DNA from: the human T2T-CHM13v2.0 reference genome, Homo sapiens
NCBI RefSeq assembly: GCF_009914755.1
Contig: NC_060948.1
DNA: 64,000 bases
Direction: 5' to 3' (one strand)
Shown here: positions 35,967 through 55,295 of the stretch, piece by piece
Position numbering within the stretch: the first letter of the stretch is position 1
How the letters are laid out: the number at the start of each line of letters is the position of its first letter
Notes under the pieces: model-generated
Told to the model about the DNA's origin: nothing
The model's input: only the letters and a program-made list of their open reading frames with translations
Databases searched by the model: none
Position numbers and translations under genes: made by a program

Positions 35967-38092
35967 AGATCCATATTTTTTAAATGAAAAAAAATTTCAA
36001 AGGTACTCTGCTAGGTACAATAATCAAATGTATAAACTGAGGAATAAAACATAACCATGAAACCTACTTATAACTGCATATGGAAAATACAGAGGATAAT
36101 TTTCTAAATAACATATTTTGAAAGCCTTAACTAGTAATTTGAAGAGTTGGCATTTGAAAGGCCAGTATGAATATACCTTCAAAACAGCAACACAGGTTCC
36201 CCATGAGAAAAAGCAAACTCAGGGAAAATAAAACCACAAAGGTTCAATCTCTTCTGACCTTTGAAAGACACAGCACAGACAGTGGTCCTTAGGACGAAGA
36301 GCAGGAGACCCCTAATTCCGTCACCATGGCGATAGGGCATAAACACTGCTGGGTGAGGGCACAATCCACATTGTGAGGTCCAACTGCTGCCAGGAAGACA
36401 GGAGTGCTTTTACATAGACCGAAAGGTCATTGAAGGCTCAGAGTTTTGTTTCAAGAACTGAATCCCAAGCCCACACGTTATTAGGCTGCGCTTCTTAAAA
36501 CAAGTTATGAGATGGGAAAAAGGGCACCCACAGACATACGTATACATTATGTATATAATAATATACAGTATCATATATATAATATATATAATCTATGTAT
36601 AATATTGTTTTACATCCTGCATCTTATACTATATATATTGTATAAAATATAATAATTGATAATATATAAATTTTACATTTATACAATATGACATATAGTA
36701 TATATTATAATTTATGACATATATAATATATGTTATATATCATATATAGAATATATTATACGGTTAATATACGTATTAAATATAAATTATACATTATATA
36801 TATTATATATAATATATCTGTTACATATAATACCCATTATGCATAATATATATATTATGTCTATGTTATATATAGTATAAAACAACATATAATAATATAT
36901 AATTGTATATATAAAATGCGACATATAATATATATTATATTTTATGACATCTGTAATATATATTATATATTATATATAATACGTTGTATGTATAATACCT
37001 AAAATAAATATATATTATATGACTATGGTATTAATTACATGTCACATATGTTATATATTATATATTTTACATAGAATATACCGGTTACATACAATATATA
37101 CTATGTTACCTATAATGTATAATATATTACATGTAAAATAAAGAATGCAATATATTATGTGTAATTTATAATATACAATATGTGGAATGTGATATATATA
37201 ACATATAATATATGATATATGATATACAGTATATGATATATAACATGCAATCTATGATACCTAATATATATGGTATACAATATATATTTTATGATATGTA
37301 TTCTATATGTTTTATATTCTGTTATATATAACTATTTGAAATTATATATGACTGTATAATATTTTATGTAAATATGTAATATAATATATATAACTATATA
37401 ATATATTATATATAACTATATATTTTGTTATATATACTTTTATAACATAATTTACATAAAATATCATAATATAATATATAATATTATTTCATATTACATA
37501 ATATATATTACATATCACCCAATATAAGTAACATACATAATATTATAATATACATTATATTATGTTATATTAAATATCATATATATCATGTATCATATAT
37601 TCTATAATATATATTATACATTATATAATATGTATGTTGTCTATTATGTGATATATATAACTATATATATAATTATATTATTATACATATAACTAGATAA
37701 ACATGTAATTCTACATATTTTCATTTATAATATATAGAATTATATAATCATATATAATTATTTATATTCTATAAAAAATTATATCATTATATAAATTATA
37801 ATATATAAAAATTATAATATGTACTACAAATATATATATTATATATCATATATGATATAGTACCTTTGTTATATATCATAATACATATAAATGTGTATTA
37901 TGTTATCTATAATTATATAATTTCATATATAAGATGTATAATATTTATTATATATTATATATGTTATGTAATATATATAGTATATATAAGATGAGACAGG
38001 ATAAATATTATATACTATGACATATAAAATATATGAGGTTATATGTTACATATAAGGCATAGCACATAACATGTAATATATATCATCTATAA

Positions 38093-38383
<291 letters not shown>

Positions 38384-40483
38384 AGATCCATATTTTTTAA
38401 ATGAAAAAAAATTTCAAAGGTACTCTGCTTGGTACAATAATCAAATGTATAAACTGAGGAATAAAACATAACCATGAAACCTACTTATAACTGCATATGG
38501 AAAATACAGAGGATAATTTTTTAAATAACATATTTTGAAAGCCTTAACTAGTAATTTGAAGAGTTGGCATTTGAAAGGCCAGTATGAATATACCTTCAAA
38601 GCAGCAACACAGGTTCCCCATGAGAAAAAGCAAACTCAGGGAAAATAAAACCACAAAGGTTCAATCTCTTCTGACCTTTGAAAGACACAGCACAGACAGT
38701 GGTCCTTAGGACGAAGAGCAGGAGACCCCTAATTCCGTCACCATGGCGATAGGGCATAAACACTGCTGGGTGAGGGCACAATCCACATTGTGAGGTCCAA
38801 CTGCTGCCAGGAAGACAGGAGTGCTTTTACATAGACCGAAAGGTCATTGAAGGCTCAGAGTTTTGTTTCAAGAACTGAATCCCAAGCCCACACGTTATTA
38901 GGCTGCGCTTCTTAAAACAAGTTATGAGATGGGAAAAAGGGCACCCACAAACATACGTATACATTATGTATATAATAATATACAGTATCATATATATAAT
39001 ATATATAACCTATGTATAATATTGTTTTACATCCTGCATCTTATACTATATATATTGTATAAAATATAATTGATAATATATAAATTTTATATTTATACAA
39101 TATGACATATAGTATATATTATAATTTATGACATATATAATATATGTTATATATCATATATAGAATATATTATACGGTTAATATACGTATTAAATATAAA
39201 TTATACATTATATATATTATATATAATATATCTGTTATATATAATACCCATTATGCATAATATATATATTATGTCAATGTTATATATAGTATAAAACAAC
39301 ATATAATAATATATAATTGTATATATAAAATGCGACATATAATATATATTATATTTTATGACATCTGTAATATATATTATATATTATATATAATACGTTG
39401 TATGTATAATACCTATATTAAATATATATTATATGACTATGTTATTAATTACCTGTCACATATGTTATATATTATATATTTTACATAGAATATATGGGTT
39501 ACATACAATATATACTATGTTACCTATAATGTATAATATATTACATGTAAAATAAAGAATGCAATATATTATGTGTAATCTATAATATACAATATGTGGA
39601 ATGTGATATATATAACATATAATATATGATATATGATATACAGTATATGATATATAACATGCAATCTATGATACCTAATATATATGGTATACAATATATA
39701 TTTTATGATATGTATACTATATGTTTTATATTCTGTTATATATAACTATTTGAAATTATATATGACTGTATAATATTTTATGTAAATATGTAATATAATA
39801 TATAACTATGTAATATATTATATATAACTATATATTATGTTATATTTACTTTTATAACATAATTTACATAAAATATCATAGTATAATATATATTATATTA
39901 TTTCATATTACATAATATATATTACATATCACCCAATATAAGTAACATACATAATATGATAATATAGATTATATTATGTTATATTAAATATCATATATAT
40001 CATGTATCATATATTCTATAATATATATTATACATTATATAATATGTATGTTGTCTATTATGTGATATATATAACTATATATATAATTATATTATTATAC
40101 ATATAACTAGATAAACATGTAATACTACATATTTTCATTTATAATATATAGAATTATATAATCATATATAATTATTTATATTCTATAAAAAATTATAGCT
40201 TTATATAAATTATAATATATAAAAATTATAATATGTACTACAAATATATATATTGTATATCATATATGATATAGTACCTTTGTTATATATGATAATACTT
40301 ATAAATGTGTATTATGTTATCTATAATTATATAATTTCATAAATAAGGTGTATAATATTTATTATATATTATATATGTTATGTAATATATATAGTACATA
40401 TAAGATGACACAGGATAAATATTATATACTATGACATATAAAATATATGAGGTTATATGTTACATATAAGGCATAGCACATAA

Positions 40484-40798
<315 letters not shown>

Positions 40799-42894
40799 AG
40801 ATCCATATTTTTTAAATGAAAAAAAATTTCAAAAGTACTCTGCTTGGTACAATAATCAAATGTATAAACTGAGGAATAAAACATAACAATGAAACCTACT
40901 TATAACTGCATATGGAAAATACAGAGGATAATTATTTAAATAACATATTTTGAAAGCCTTAACTAGTAATTTGAAGAGTTGGCATTTGAAAGGCCAGTAT
41001 GAATATACCTTCAAAGCAGCAACACAGGTTCCCCATGAGAAAAAGCAAACTCAGGGAAAATAAAACCACAAAGGTTCAATCTCTTCTGACTTTTGAAAGA
41101 CACAGCACAGACAGTTTTCCTTAGGACGAAGAGCAGGAGACCCCTAATTCCGTCACTATAGCGATAGGGCATAAACATTGCTGGGTGAGGGCACAATCCA
41201 CATTGTGAGGTCCAACTGTTGCCAGGAAGACAGGAGTGCTTTTACATAGACCGAAAGGTCATTGAAGGCTCAGAGTTTTGTTTCAAGAACTGAATCCCAA
41301 GCCCACACGTTATTGGGCTGCGCTTCTTAAAACAAGTTATGAGATGGGAAAAAGGGCACCCACAAACATACGTATACATTATGTATATAATAATATACAG
41401 TATCATATATATAATATATATAACCTATGTATAATATTGTTTTACATCCTGTATCTTATATTATATATATTGTATAAAATATAATAATTGATAATATATG
41501 TTTTATATTTATACAATATGACATATAGTATATATTATAATTTATGACATATATAATATATGTTATATATCATATATAGAATATATTATACGGTTAATAT
41601 ACGTATTAAATATAAATTATACATTATATATATTATATATAATATATCTGTTATATATAATACCCATTATGCATAATATATATATTATGTCTGTGTTATA
41701 TATAGTATAAAACAACATATAATAATATATAATTGTATATATAAAATGCGACATATAATATATATTATATTTTATGACATATGTAATATATATTATATAT
41801 TTTATATAATACGTTGTGTGTATAATACCTATATTAAATATATATAATATGACTATGTTATTAATTACATGTCACATATGTTATATGTTATATATTTTAC
41901 ATAGAATATAGTGGTTACATACAATATATACTATGTTACCTGTAATGTATAATTTATTACATGTAAAATAAAGAATGCAATATATTATGTATAATTTATA
42001 ATATACAATATGTGGAATGTGATATATATAACATATATGATATATGATATACAGTATATGATATATAACATACAATATATGATACCTAATATATATGGTA
42101 TGCAATATATATTTTATGATATGTATTCTATATGTTTTATATTCTGTTATATATAACTATTTGAAATTATATATAACTGTATAATATTTTATGTAAATAT
42201 GTAATATAATATATATAACTATATAATATATTATATATAACTATATATTATGTTATATATACTTTTATAACATAATTTACATAAAATGTCATAATAAAAT
42301 ATATATTATATTATTTCATATTACATAATATATATTGCATATCACCCAATATAAGTAACATACATAATATTATAATATAGGTTATATTATGTTATATTAA
42401 ATATCATATATATCATGTATCATATATTCTATAATATATATTATACATTATATAATATGTATGTTGCCTATTATGTGATATATATAACTATATATAATTA
42501 TATTATTATACATATAACTAGATAAACATGTAATTCTACATATTTTCATTTATAATATATAGAATTATATAATCATATATAATTATTTATATTCTATAAA
42601 AAATTATATCATTATATAAATTATAATATATAAAAATTATAATACGTACTACAAATATATATATTATATATCATATATGATATAGTACCTTTGTTATATA
42701 TCATAGTACATATAAATGTGTATTATGTTATCTATAATTATATAATTTCATATATAAGATGTATAATATGTATTATATATTATATATGTTATGTAATATA
42801 TATAGTATATATAAGATGACACAGGATAAATATTATATACTATGACATATAAAATATATGAGGTTATATCTTACATATAAGGCATAGCACATAA

Positions 42895-43209
<315 letters not shown>

Positions 43210-45314
43210 AGATCCATATTTTTTAAATGAAAAAAAATTTGAAAGGTACTCTGCTTGGTACAATAATCAAATGTATAAACTGAGGAATAAAACATAACCA
43301 TGAAACCTACTTATAACTGCATATGGAAAATACAGAGGATAATTTTTTAAATAACATATTTTGAAAGCCTTAACTAGTAATTTGAAGAGTTGGCATTTGA
43401 AAGGACAGTATGAATATACCTTCAAAGCAGCAACACAGGTTCCCCATGAGAAAAAGCAAACTCAGGGAAAATAAAACCACAAAGGTTCAATCTCTTCTGA
43501 CCTTTGAAAGACACAGCACAGACAGTGGTCCTTAGGACGAAGAGCAGGAGACCCCTAATTCCGTCACCATGGCGATAGGGCATAAACATTGCTGGGTGAG
43601 GGCACAATCCACATTGTGAGGTCCAACTGCTGCCAGGAAGACAGGAGTGCTTTTACATAGACCGAAAGGTCATTGAAGGCTCAGAGTTTTGTTTCAAGAA
43701 CTGAATCCCAAGCCCACACGTTATTAGGCTGCGCTTCTTAAAACAAGCTATGAGATGGGAAAAAGGGCACCCACAAACATACGTATACATTATGTATATA
43801 ATAATATACAGTATCATATATATAATATATATAACCTATGTATAATATTGTTTTACATCCTGCATCTTATACTATATATATTGTATAAAATATAATAATT
43901 GATAATATATAAGTTTTATATTTATACTATATGACATATATTATATATTATAATTTATGATATATATATTATATGTTATATATCATATATAGAATATATT
44001 ATACGGTTAATATACGTATTAAATATAAATTATATATTATATACATTATATATAATATATCTGTTATATATAATACCCATTATGCATAATATATATATTA
44101 TGTCTATGTTATATATAGTATAAACCAACATATAATAATATATAATTGTATATATAAAAGGTGACATATAATATATATTATATTTTATGACATATGAAAT
44201 ATATATTATATATTATATATAATACGTTGTATGTATAATACCTATATTAAATATATATGATATGACTATGTTATTAATTACATGTCACATGTGTTATATA
44301 TTATATATTTTACATACAATATACCGGTTACATACAATATATACTATCTTACCTACAATGTATAATTTATTACATGTAAAATAAAGAATGCAGTATATTA
44401 TGTATAATTTATAATATACAATATGTGGAATGTGATATATATAACATATAATATATGATATATGATATACAGTATATGATATATAACATACAATATATGA
44501 TACCTAATATATATGGTATACAATATATATTTTATGATATGTATTCTATATGTTTTTTATTCTGTTATATATAACTATTTGAAATTATATATAACTGTAT
44601 AATATTTTATGTAAATATGTAATATAATATATATAACTATATAATATATTATATATAACTTTATATTATGTTATATATACTTTTATAACATAATTTACAT
44701 AAAATATCATAATATAATATATATTATATTATTTCTTATTACATAATATATATTACATATCACCCAATATAAGTAACATACATAATATTATAATATAGAT
44801 TATATTATGTTATATTAAATATCATATATATCATGTATCATATATTCTATAATATATATTACACATTATATAATATGTATGTTGTCTATTATGTGATATA
44901 TATAACTATATATATAATTATATTATTATACATATAACCAGATAAACGTGTAATTCTACATATTTTCATTTATAATATATAGAATTATGTAATCATATAT
45001 AATTATTTATATTCTATAAAAAATTATAGCTTTATATAAATTATAATATATAAAAATTATAATATGTACTACAAATATATATATTGTATATCATATATGA
45101 TATAGTACCTTTGTTATATATGATAATACTTATAAATGTGTATTATGTTATCTATAATTATATAATTTCATATATAAGATGTATAATATTTATTATATAT
45201 TATATATGTTATGTAATATATATAGTATATATAAGATGACACAGGATAAATATTATATACTATGACATATAAAATATATGAGGTTATATGTTACATATAA
45301 GGCATAGCACATAA

Positions 45315-45629
<315 letters not shown>

Positions 45630-47732
45630 AGATCCATATTTTTTAAATGAAAAAAAATTTCAAAGGTACTCTGCTTGGTACAATAATCAAATGTATAAAC
45701 TGAGGAATAAAACATAACCATGAAACCTACTTATAACTGCATATGGAAAATACAGAGGATAATTTTTTAAATAACATATTTTGAAAGCCTTAACTAGTAA
45801 TTTGAAGAGTTGGCATTTGAAAGGCCAGTATGAATATACCTTCAAAGCAGTAACACAGGTTCCCCATGAGAAAAAGCAAACTCAGGGAAAATAAAACCAC
45901 AAAGGTTCAATCTCTTCTGACCTTTGAAAGACACAGCACAGACAGTGGTCCTTAGGACGAAGAGCAGGAGACCCCTAATTCCGTCACCATGGCGATAGGG
46001 CATAAACACTGCTGGGTGAGGGCACAATCCACATTGTGAGGTCCAACTGCTGCCAGGAAGACAGGAGTGCTTTTACATAGACCGAAAGGTCATTGAAGGC
46101 TCAGAGTTTTGTTTCAAGAACTGAATCCCAAGCCCACACGTTATTAGGCTGCGCTTCTTAAAACAAGTTATGAGATGGGAAAAAGGGCACCCACAAACAT
46201 ACGTATACATTATGTATATAATAATATACAGTATCATATATATAATATATATAACCTATGTATAATATTGTTTTACATCCTGCATCTTATATTATATATA
46301 TTGTATAAAATATAATAATTGATAATATATAAGTTTTATATTTATACAATATGACATATATTATATAATATAATTTATGACATATATAATATATGTTATA
46401 TATCATAAATAGAATATATTATACGGTTAATATACGTATTAAATATAAATTATACATTATATATATTATATATAATATATCTGCTATATATAATACCCAT
46501 TATGCATAATATATATATTATGTCTATGTTATGTATAGTATAAAACAACATATAATAATATATAATTGTATATATAAAATGCGACATATAATATATATTA
46601 TATTTTATGACATCTGTAATATATATTATATATTATATATAATACATTGTATGTATAATACCTATATTAAATATATATTATATGACTATGTTATTAATTA
46701 CCTGTCACATATGTTATATATTATATATTTTACATAGAATATATGGGTTACATACAATATATACTATGTTACCTATAATGTATAATATATTACATGTAAA
46801 ATAAAGAATGCAATATATTATGTGTAATCTATAATATACAATATGTGGAATGTGATATATATAACATATAATATATGATATATGATATACAGTATATGAT
46901 ATATAACATGCAATCTATGATACCTAATATATATGGTATACAATATATATTTTATGATATGTATACTATATGTTTTATATTCTGTTATATATAACTATTT
47001 GAAATTATATATGACTGTATAATATTTTATGTAAATATGTAATATAATATATAACTATGTAATATATTATATATAACTATATATTATGTTATATTTACTT
47101 TTATAACATAATTTACATAAAATATCATAGTATAATATATATTATATTATTTCATATTACATAATATATATTACATATCACCCAATATAAGTAACATACA
47201 TAATATGATAATATAGATTATATTATGTTATATTAAATATCATATATATCATGTATCATATATTCTATAATATATATTATACATTATATAATATGTATGT
47301 TGTCTATTATGTGATATATATAACTATATATATAATTATATTATTATACATATAACTAGATAAACATGTAATACTACATATTTTCATTTATAATATATAG
47401 AATTATATAATCATATATAATTATTTATATTCTATAAAAAATTATAGCTTTATATAAATTATAATATATAAAAATTATAATATGTACTACAAATATATAT
47501 ATTGTATATCATATATGATATAGTACCTTTGTTATATATGATAATACTTATAAATGTGTATTATGTTATCTATAATTATATAATTTCATAAATAAGGTGT
47601 ATAATATTTATTATATATTATATATGTTATGTAATATATATAGTACATATAAGATGACACAGGATAAATATTATATACTATGACATATAAAATATATGAG
47701 GTTATATGTTACATATAAGGCATAGCACATAA

Positions 47733-48047
<315 letters not shown>

Positions 48048-50143
48048 AGATCCATATTTTTTAAATGAAAAAAAATTTCAAAAGTACTCTGCTTGGTACA
48101 ATAATCAAATGTATAAACTGAGGAATAAAACATAACAATGAAACCTACTTATAACTGCATATGGAAAATACAGAGGATAATTATTTAAATAACATATTTT
48201 GAAAGCCTTAACTAGTAATTTGAAGAGTTGGCATTTGAAAGGCCAGTATGAATATACCTTCAAAGCAGCAACACAGGTTCCCCATGAGAAAAAGCAAACT
48301 CAGGGAAAATAAAACCACAAAGGTTCAATCTCTTCTGACTTTTGAAAGACACAGCACAGACAGTTTTCCTTAGGACGAAGAGCAGGAGACCCCTAATTCC
48401 GTCACTATAGCGATAGGGCATAAACATTGCTGGGTGAGGGCACAATCCACATTGTGAGGTCCAACTGTTGCCAGGAAGACAGGAGTGCTTTTACATAGAC
48501 CGAAAGGTCATTGAAGGCTCAGAGTTTTGTTTCAAGAACTGAATCCCAAGCCCACACGTTATTGGGCTGCACTTCTTAAAACAAGTTATGAGATGGGAAA
48601 AAGGGCACCCACAAACATACGTATACATTATGTATATAATAATATACAGTATCATATATATAATATATATAACCTATGTATAATATTGTTTTACATCCTG
48701 TATCTTATATTATATATATTGTATAAAATATAATAATTGATAATATATGTTTTATATTTATACAATATGACATATAGTATATATTATAATTTATGACATA
48801 TATAATATATGTTATATATCATATATAGAATATATTATACGGTTAATATACGTATTAAATATAAATTATACATTATATATATTATATATAATATACCTGT
48901 TATATATAATACCCATTATGCATAATATATATATTATGTCTGTGTTATATATAGTATAAAACAACATATAATAATATATAATTGTATATATAAAATGCGA
49001 CATATAATATATATTATATTTTATGACATATGTAATATATATTATATATTTTATATAATACGTTGTATGTATAATACCTATATTAAATATATATAATATG
49101 ACTATGTTATTAATTACATGTCACATATGTTATATGTTATATATTTTACATAGAATATAGTGGTTACATACAATATATACTATGTTACCTGTAATGTATA
49201 ATTTATTACATGTAAAATAAAGAATGCAATATATTATGTATAATTTATAATATACAATATGTGGAATGTGATATATATAACATATATGATATATGATATA
49301 CAGTATATGATATATAACATACAATATATGATACCTAATATATATGGTATGCAATATATATTTTATGATATGTATTCTATATGTTTTATATTCTGTTATA
49401 TATAACTATTTGAAATTATATATAACTGTATAATATTTTATGTAAATATGTAATATAATATATATAACTATATAATATATTATATATAACTATATATTAT
49501 GTTATATATACTTTTATAACATAATTTACATAAAATGTCATAATAAAATATATATTATATTATTTCATATTACATAATATATATTGCATATCACCCAATA
49601 TAAGTAACATACATAATATTATAATATAGGTTATATTATGCTATATTAAATATCATATATATCATGTATCATATATTCTATAATATATATTATACATTAT
49701 ATAATATGTATGTTGCCTATTATGTGATATATATAACTATATATAATTATATTATTATACATATAACTAGATAAACATGTAATTCTACATATTTTCATTT
49801 ATAATATATAGAATTATATAATCATATATAATTATTTATATTCTATAAAAAATTATATCATTATATAAATTATAATATATAAAAATTATAATACGTACTA
49901 CAAATATATATATTATATATCATATATGATATAGTACCTTTGTTATATATCATAGTACATATAAATGTGTATTATGTTATCTATAATTATATAATTTCAT
50001 ATATAAGATGTATAATATGTATTATATATTATATATGTTATGTAATATATATAGTATATATAAGATGACACAGGATAAATATTATATACTATGACATATA
50101 AAATATATGAGGTTATATCTTACATATAAGGCATAGCACATAA

Positions 50144-50458
<315 letters not shown>

Positions 50459-52586
50459 AGATCCATATTTTTTAAATGAAAAAAAATTTGAAAGGTACTC
50501 TGCTTGGTACAATAATCAAATGTATAAACTGAGGAATAAAACATAACCATGAAACCTACTTATAACTGCATATGGAAAATACAGAGGATAATTTTTTAAA
50601 TAACATATTTTGAAAGCCTTAACTAGTAATTTGAAGAGTTGGCATTTGAAAGGATAGTATGAATATACCTTCAAAGCAGCAACACAGGTTCCCCATGAGA
50701 AAAAGCAAACTCAGGGAAAATAAAACCACAAAGGTTCAATCTCTTCTGACCTTTGAAAGACACAGCACAGACAGTGGTCCTTAGGACGAAGAGCAGGAGA
50801 CCCCTAATTCCGTCACCATGGCGATAGGGCATAAACATTGCTGGGTGAGGGCACAATCCACATTGTGAGGTCCAACTGCTGCCAGGAAGACAGGAGTGCT
50901 TTTACATAGACCGAAAGGTCATTGAAGGCTCAGAGTTTTGTTTCAAGAACTGAATCCCAAGCCCACACGTTATTAGGCTGCGCTTCTTAAAACAAGCTAT
51001 GAGATGGGAAAAAGGGCACCCACAAACATACGTATACATTATGTATATAATAATATACAGTATCATATATATAATATATATAACCTATGTATAATATTGT
51101 TTTACATCCTGCATCTTATACTATATATATTGAATAAAATATAATAATTGATAATATATAAGTTTTATATTTATACTCTATGACATATATTATATATTAT
51201 AATTTATGATATATATATTATATGTTATATATCATATATAGAATATATTATACGGTTAATATACGTATTAAATATAAATTATATATTATATACATTATAT
51301 ATAATATATCTGTTATATATAATACCCATTATGCATAATATATATATTATGTCTATGTTATATATAGTATAAACCAACATATAATAATATATAATTGTAT
51401 ATATAAAAGGTGACATATAATATATATTATATTTTATGACATATGAAATATATATTATATATTATATATAATACGTTGTATGTATAATACCTATATTAAA
51501 TATATATGATATGACTATGTTATTAATTACATGTCACATGTGTTATATATTATATATTTTACATACAATATACCGGTTACATACAATATATACTATCTTA
51601 CCTACAATGTATAATTTATTACATGTAAAATAAAGAATGCAGTATATTATGTATAATTTATAATATACAATATGTGGAATGTGATATATATAACATATAA
51701 TATATGATATATGATATACAGTATATGATATATAACATACAATATATGATACCTAATATATATGGTATACAATATATATTTTATGATATGTATTCTATAT
51801 GTTTTTTATTCTGTTATATATAACTATTTGAAATTATATATAACTGTATAATATTTTATGTAAATATGTAATATAATATATATAACTATATAATATATTA
51901 TATATAACTTTATATTATGTTATATATACTTTTATAACATAATTTACATAAAATATCATAATATAATATATATTATATTATTTCTTATTACATAATATAT
52001 ATTACATATCACCCAATATAAGTAACATACATAATATTATAATATAGATTATATTATGTTATATTAAATATCATATATATCATGTATCATATATTCTATA
52101 ATATATATTACACATTATATAATATGTATGTTGTCTATTATGTGATATATATAACTATATATATAATTATATTATTATACATATAACTAGATAAACGTGT
52201 AATTCTACATATTTTCATTTATAATATATAGAATTATATAATCATATATAATTATTTATATTCTATAAAAAATTATATCATTATATAAATTATAATATAT
52301 AAAAATTAAAATATGTACTTAAAACAGATATATTATATATCATATATGATATAGTACCTTTGTTATATATCATAATACATATAAATGTGTATTATGTTAT
52401 CTATAATTATATAATTTCGTATATAAGATGTATAATATGTATTATATATTTTATATGTTACGTAATATATATAGTATATATAAGATGACACAGGATAAAT
52501 ATTATATACTATGACATATAAAATATAAGGGGTTATATGTTACATATGAGTCATACCACATAAGATGTAATATATATCATATATAA

Positions 52587-52878
<292 letters not shown>

Positions 52879-54980
52879 AGATCCATATTTTTTAAATGAA
52901 AAAAAATTTCAAAGGTACTCTGCTTGGTACAATAATCAAATGTATAAACTGAGGAATAAATCATAACCATGAAACCTACTTATAACTGCATATGGAAAAT
53001 ACAGAGGATAATTTTTTAAATAACATATTTTGAAAGCCTTAACTAGTAATTTGAAGAGTTGGCATTTGAAAGGCCAGTATGAATATACCTTCAAAGCAGC
53101 AACACAGGTTCCCCATGAGAAAAAGCAAACTCAGGGAAAATAAAACCACAAAGGTTCAATCTCTTCTGACCTTTGAAAGACACAGCACAGACAGTGGTCC
53201 TTAGGACGAAGAGCAGGAGACCCCTAATTCCGTCACCATGGCGATAGGGCATAAACATTGCTGGGTGAGGGCACAATCCACATTGTGAGGTCCAACTGCT
53301 GCCAGGAAGACAGGAGTGCTTTTACATAGACCGAAAGGTCATTGAAGGCTCAGAGTTTTGTTTCAAGGACTGAATCCCAAGCCCACACGTTATTAGGCTG
53401 CGCTTCTTAAAACAAGTTATGAGATGGGAAAAAGGGCACCCACAAACATACGTATACATTATGTATATAATAATATACAGTATCATATATATAATATATA
53501 TAACCTATGTATAATATTGTTTTACATCCTGCATCTTATACTATATATATTGTATAAAATATAATAATTGATAATATATAAGTTTTATATTTATACAATA
53601 TGACATATATTATATATTATAATTTATGACATATATATTATAAGTTATATATCATATATAGAATATATTATACGGTTAATATACGTATTAAATATAAATT
53701 ATACATTATATATATTATATATAATATATCTGTTATATATAATACCCCTTATGCATAATATATATATTATGTCTATGTTATATATAGTATAAAACAACAC
53801 ATAATAATATATAATTGTATATATAAAATGCGACATATAATATATATTATATTTTATGACATATGTAATATATATTATATATTATATATAATACGTTGTA
53901 TGTATAATTCCTATATTAAATATATATTATATGACTATGTTATTAATTACATGTCACATATGTTATATATTATATATTTTACATAGAATATACCGGTTAC
54001 ATACAATATATACTATGTTACCTATAATGTATAATTTATTACATGTAAAATAAAGATTGCAATATATTATGTATAATTTATAATATACAATATGTGGAAT
54101 GTGATATATATAACATATAATATATGATATATGATATACAGTATATGATATATAACATACAATGTATGATACCTAATATATATGGTATACAATATATATT
54201 TTATGATATATATTCTATATGTTTTATATTCTGTTATATATAACTATTTGAAATTATATATAACTGTATAATATTTTATGTAAATATGTAATATAATATA
54301 TATAACTATATAATATATTATATATAACTATATATTATGTTATATATACTTTTATAACATAATTTACATAAAATATCATAATATAATATATATTATATTA
54401 TTTCATATTACATTATATATATTACATATCACCCAATATAAGTAACATACATAATATTATAATATAGATTTTATTATGTTATATTAAATATCATATATAT
54501 CATGTATCATATATTCTATAATATATATTACACATTATATAATATGTATGTTGTCTATTATGTGATATATATAACTATGTATATAATTATATTATTATAC
54601 ATATAACTAGATAAACATGTAATTCTACATATTTTCATTTATAATATATAGAATTATATAATCATATATAATTATTTATATTCTATAAAAAATTATATCA
54701 TTATATAAATTATAATATATAAAAATTATATGTACTACAAATATATATATTATATATCATATATGATATAGTACCTTTGTTATTTATCATAATACATATA
54801 AATGTGTATTATGTTATCTATAATTATATAATTTCATATATAAGATGTATAATATGTATCATATATTATATGTGTTATGTAATATATATAGTATATATAA
54901 GCTGACACAGGATAAATATTATATACTATGACATATAAAATATATGAGGTTATATGTTACATATAAGGCATAGCACATAA

Positions 54981-55295
<315 letters not shown>

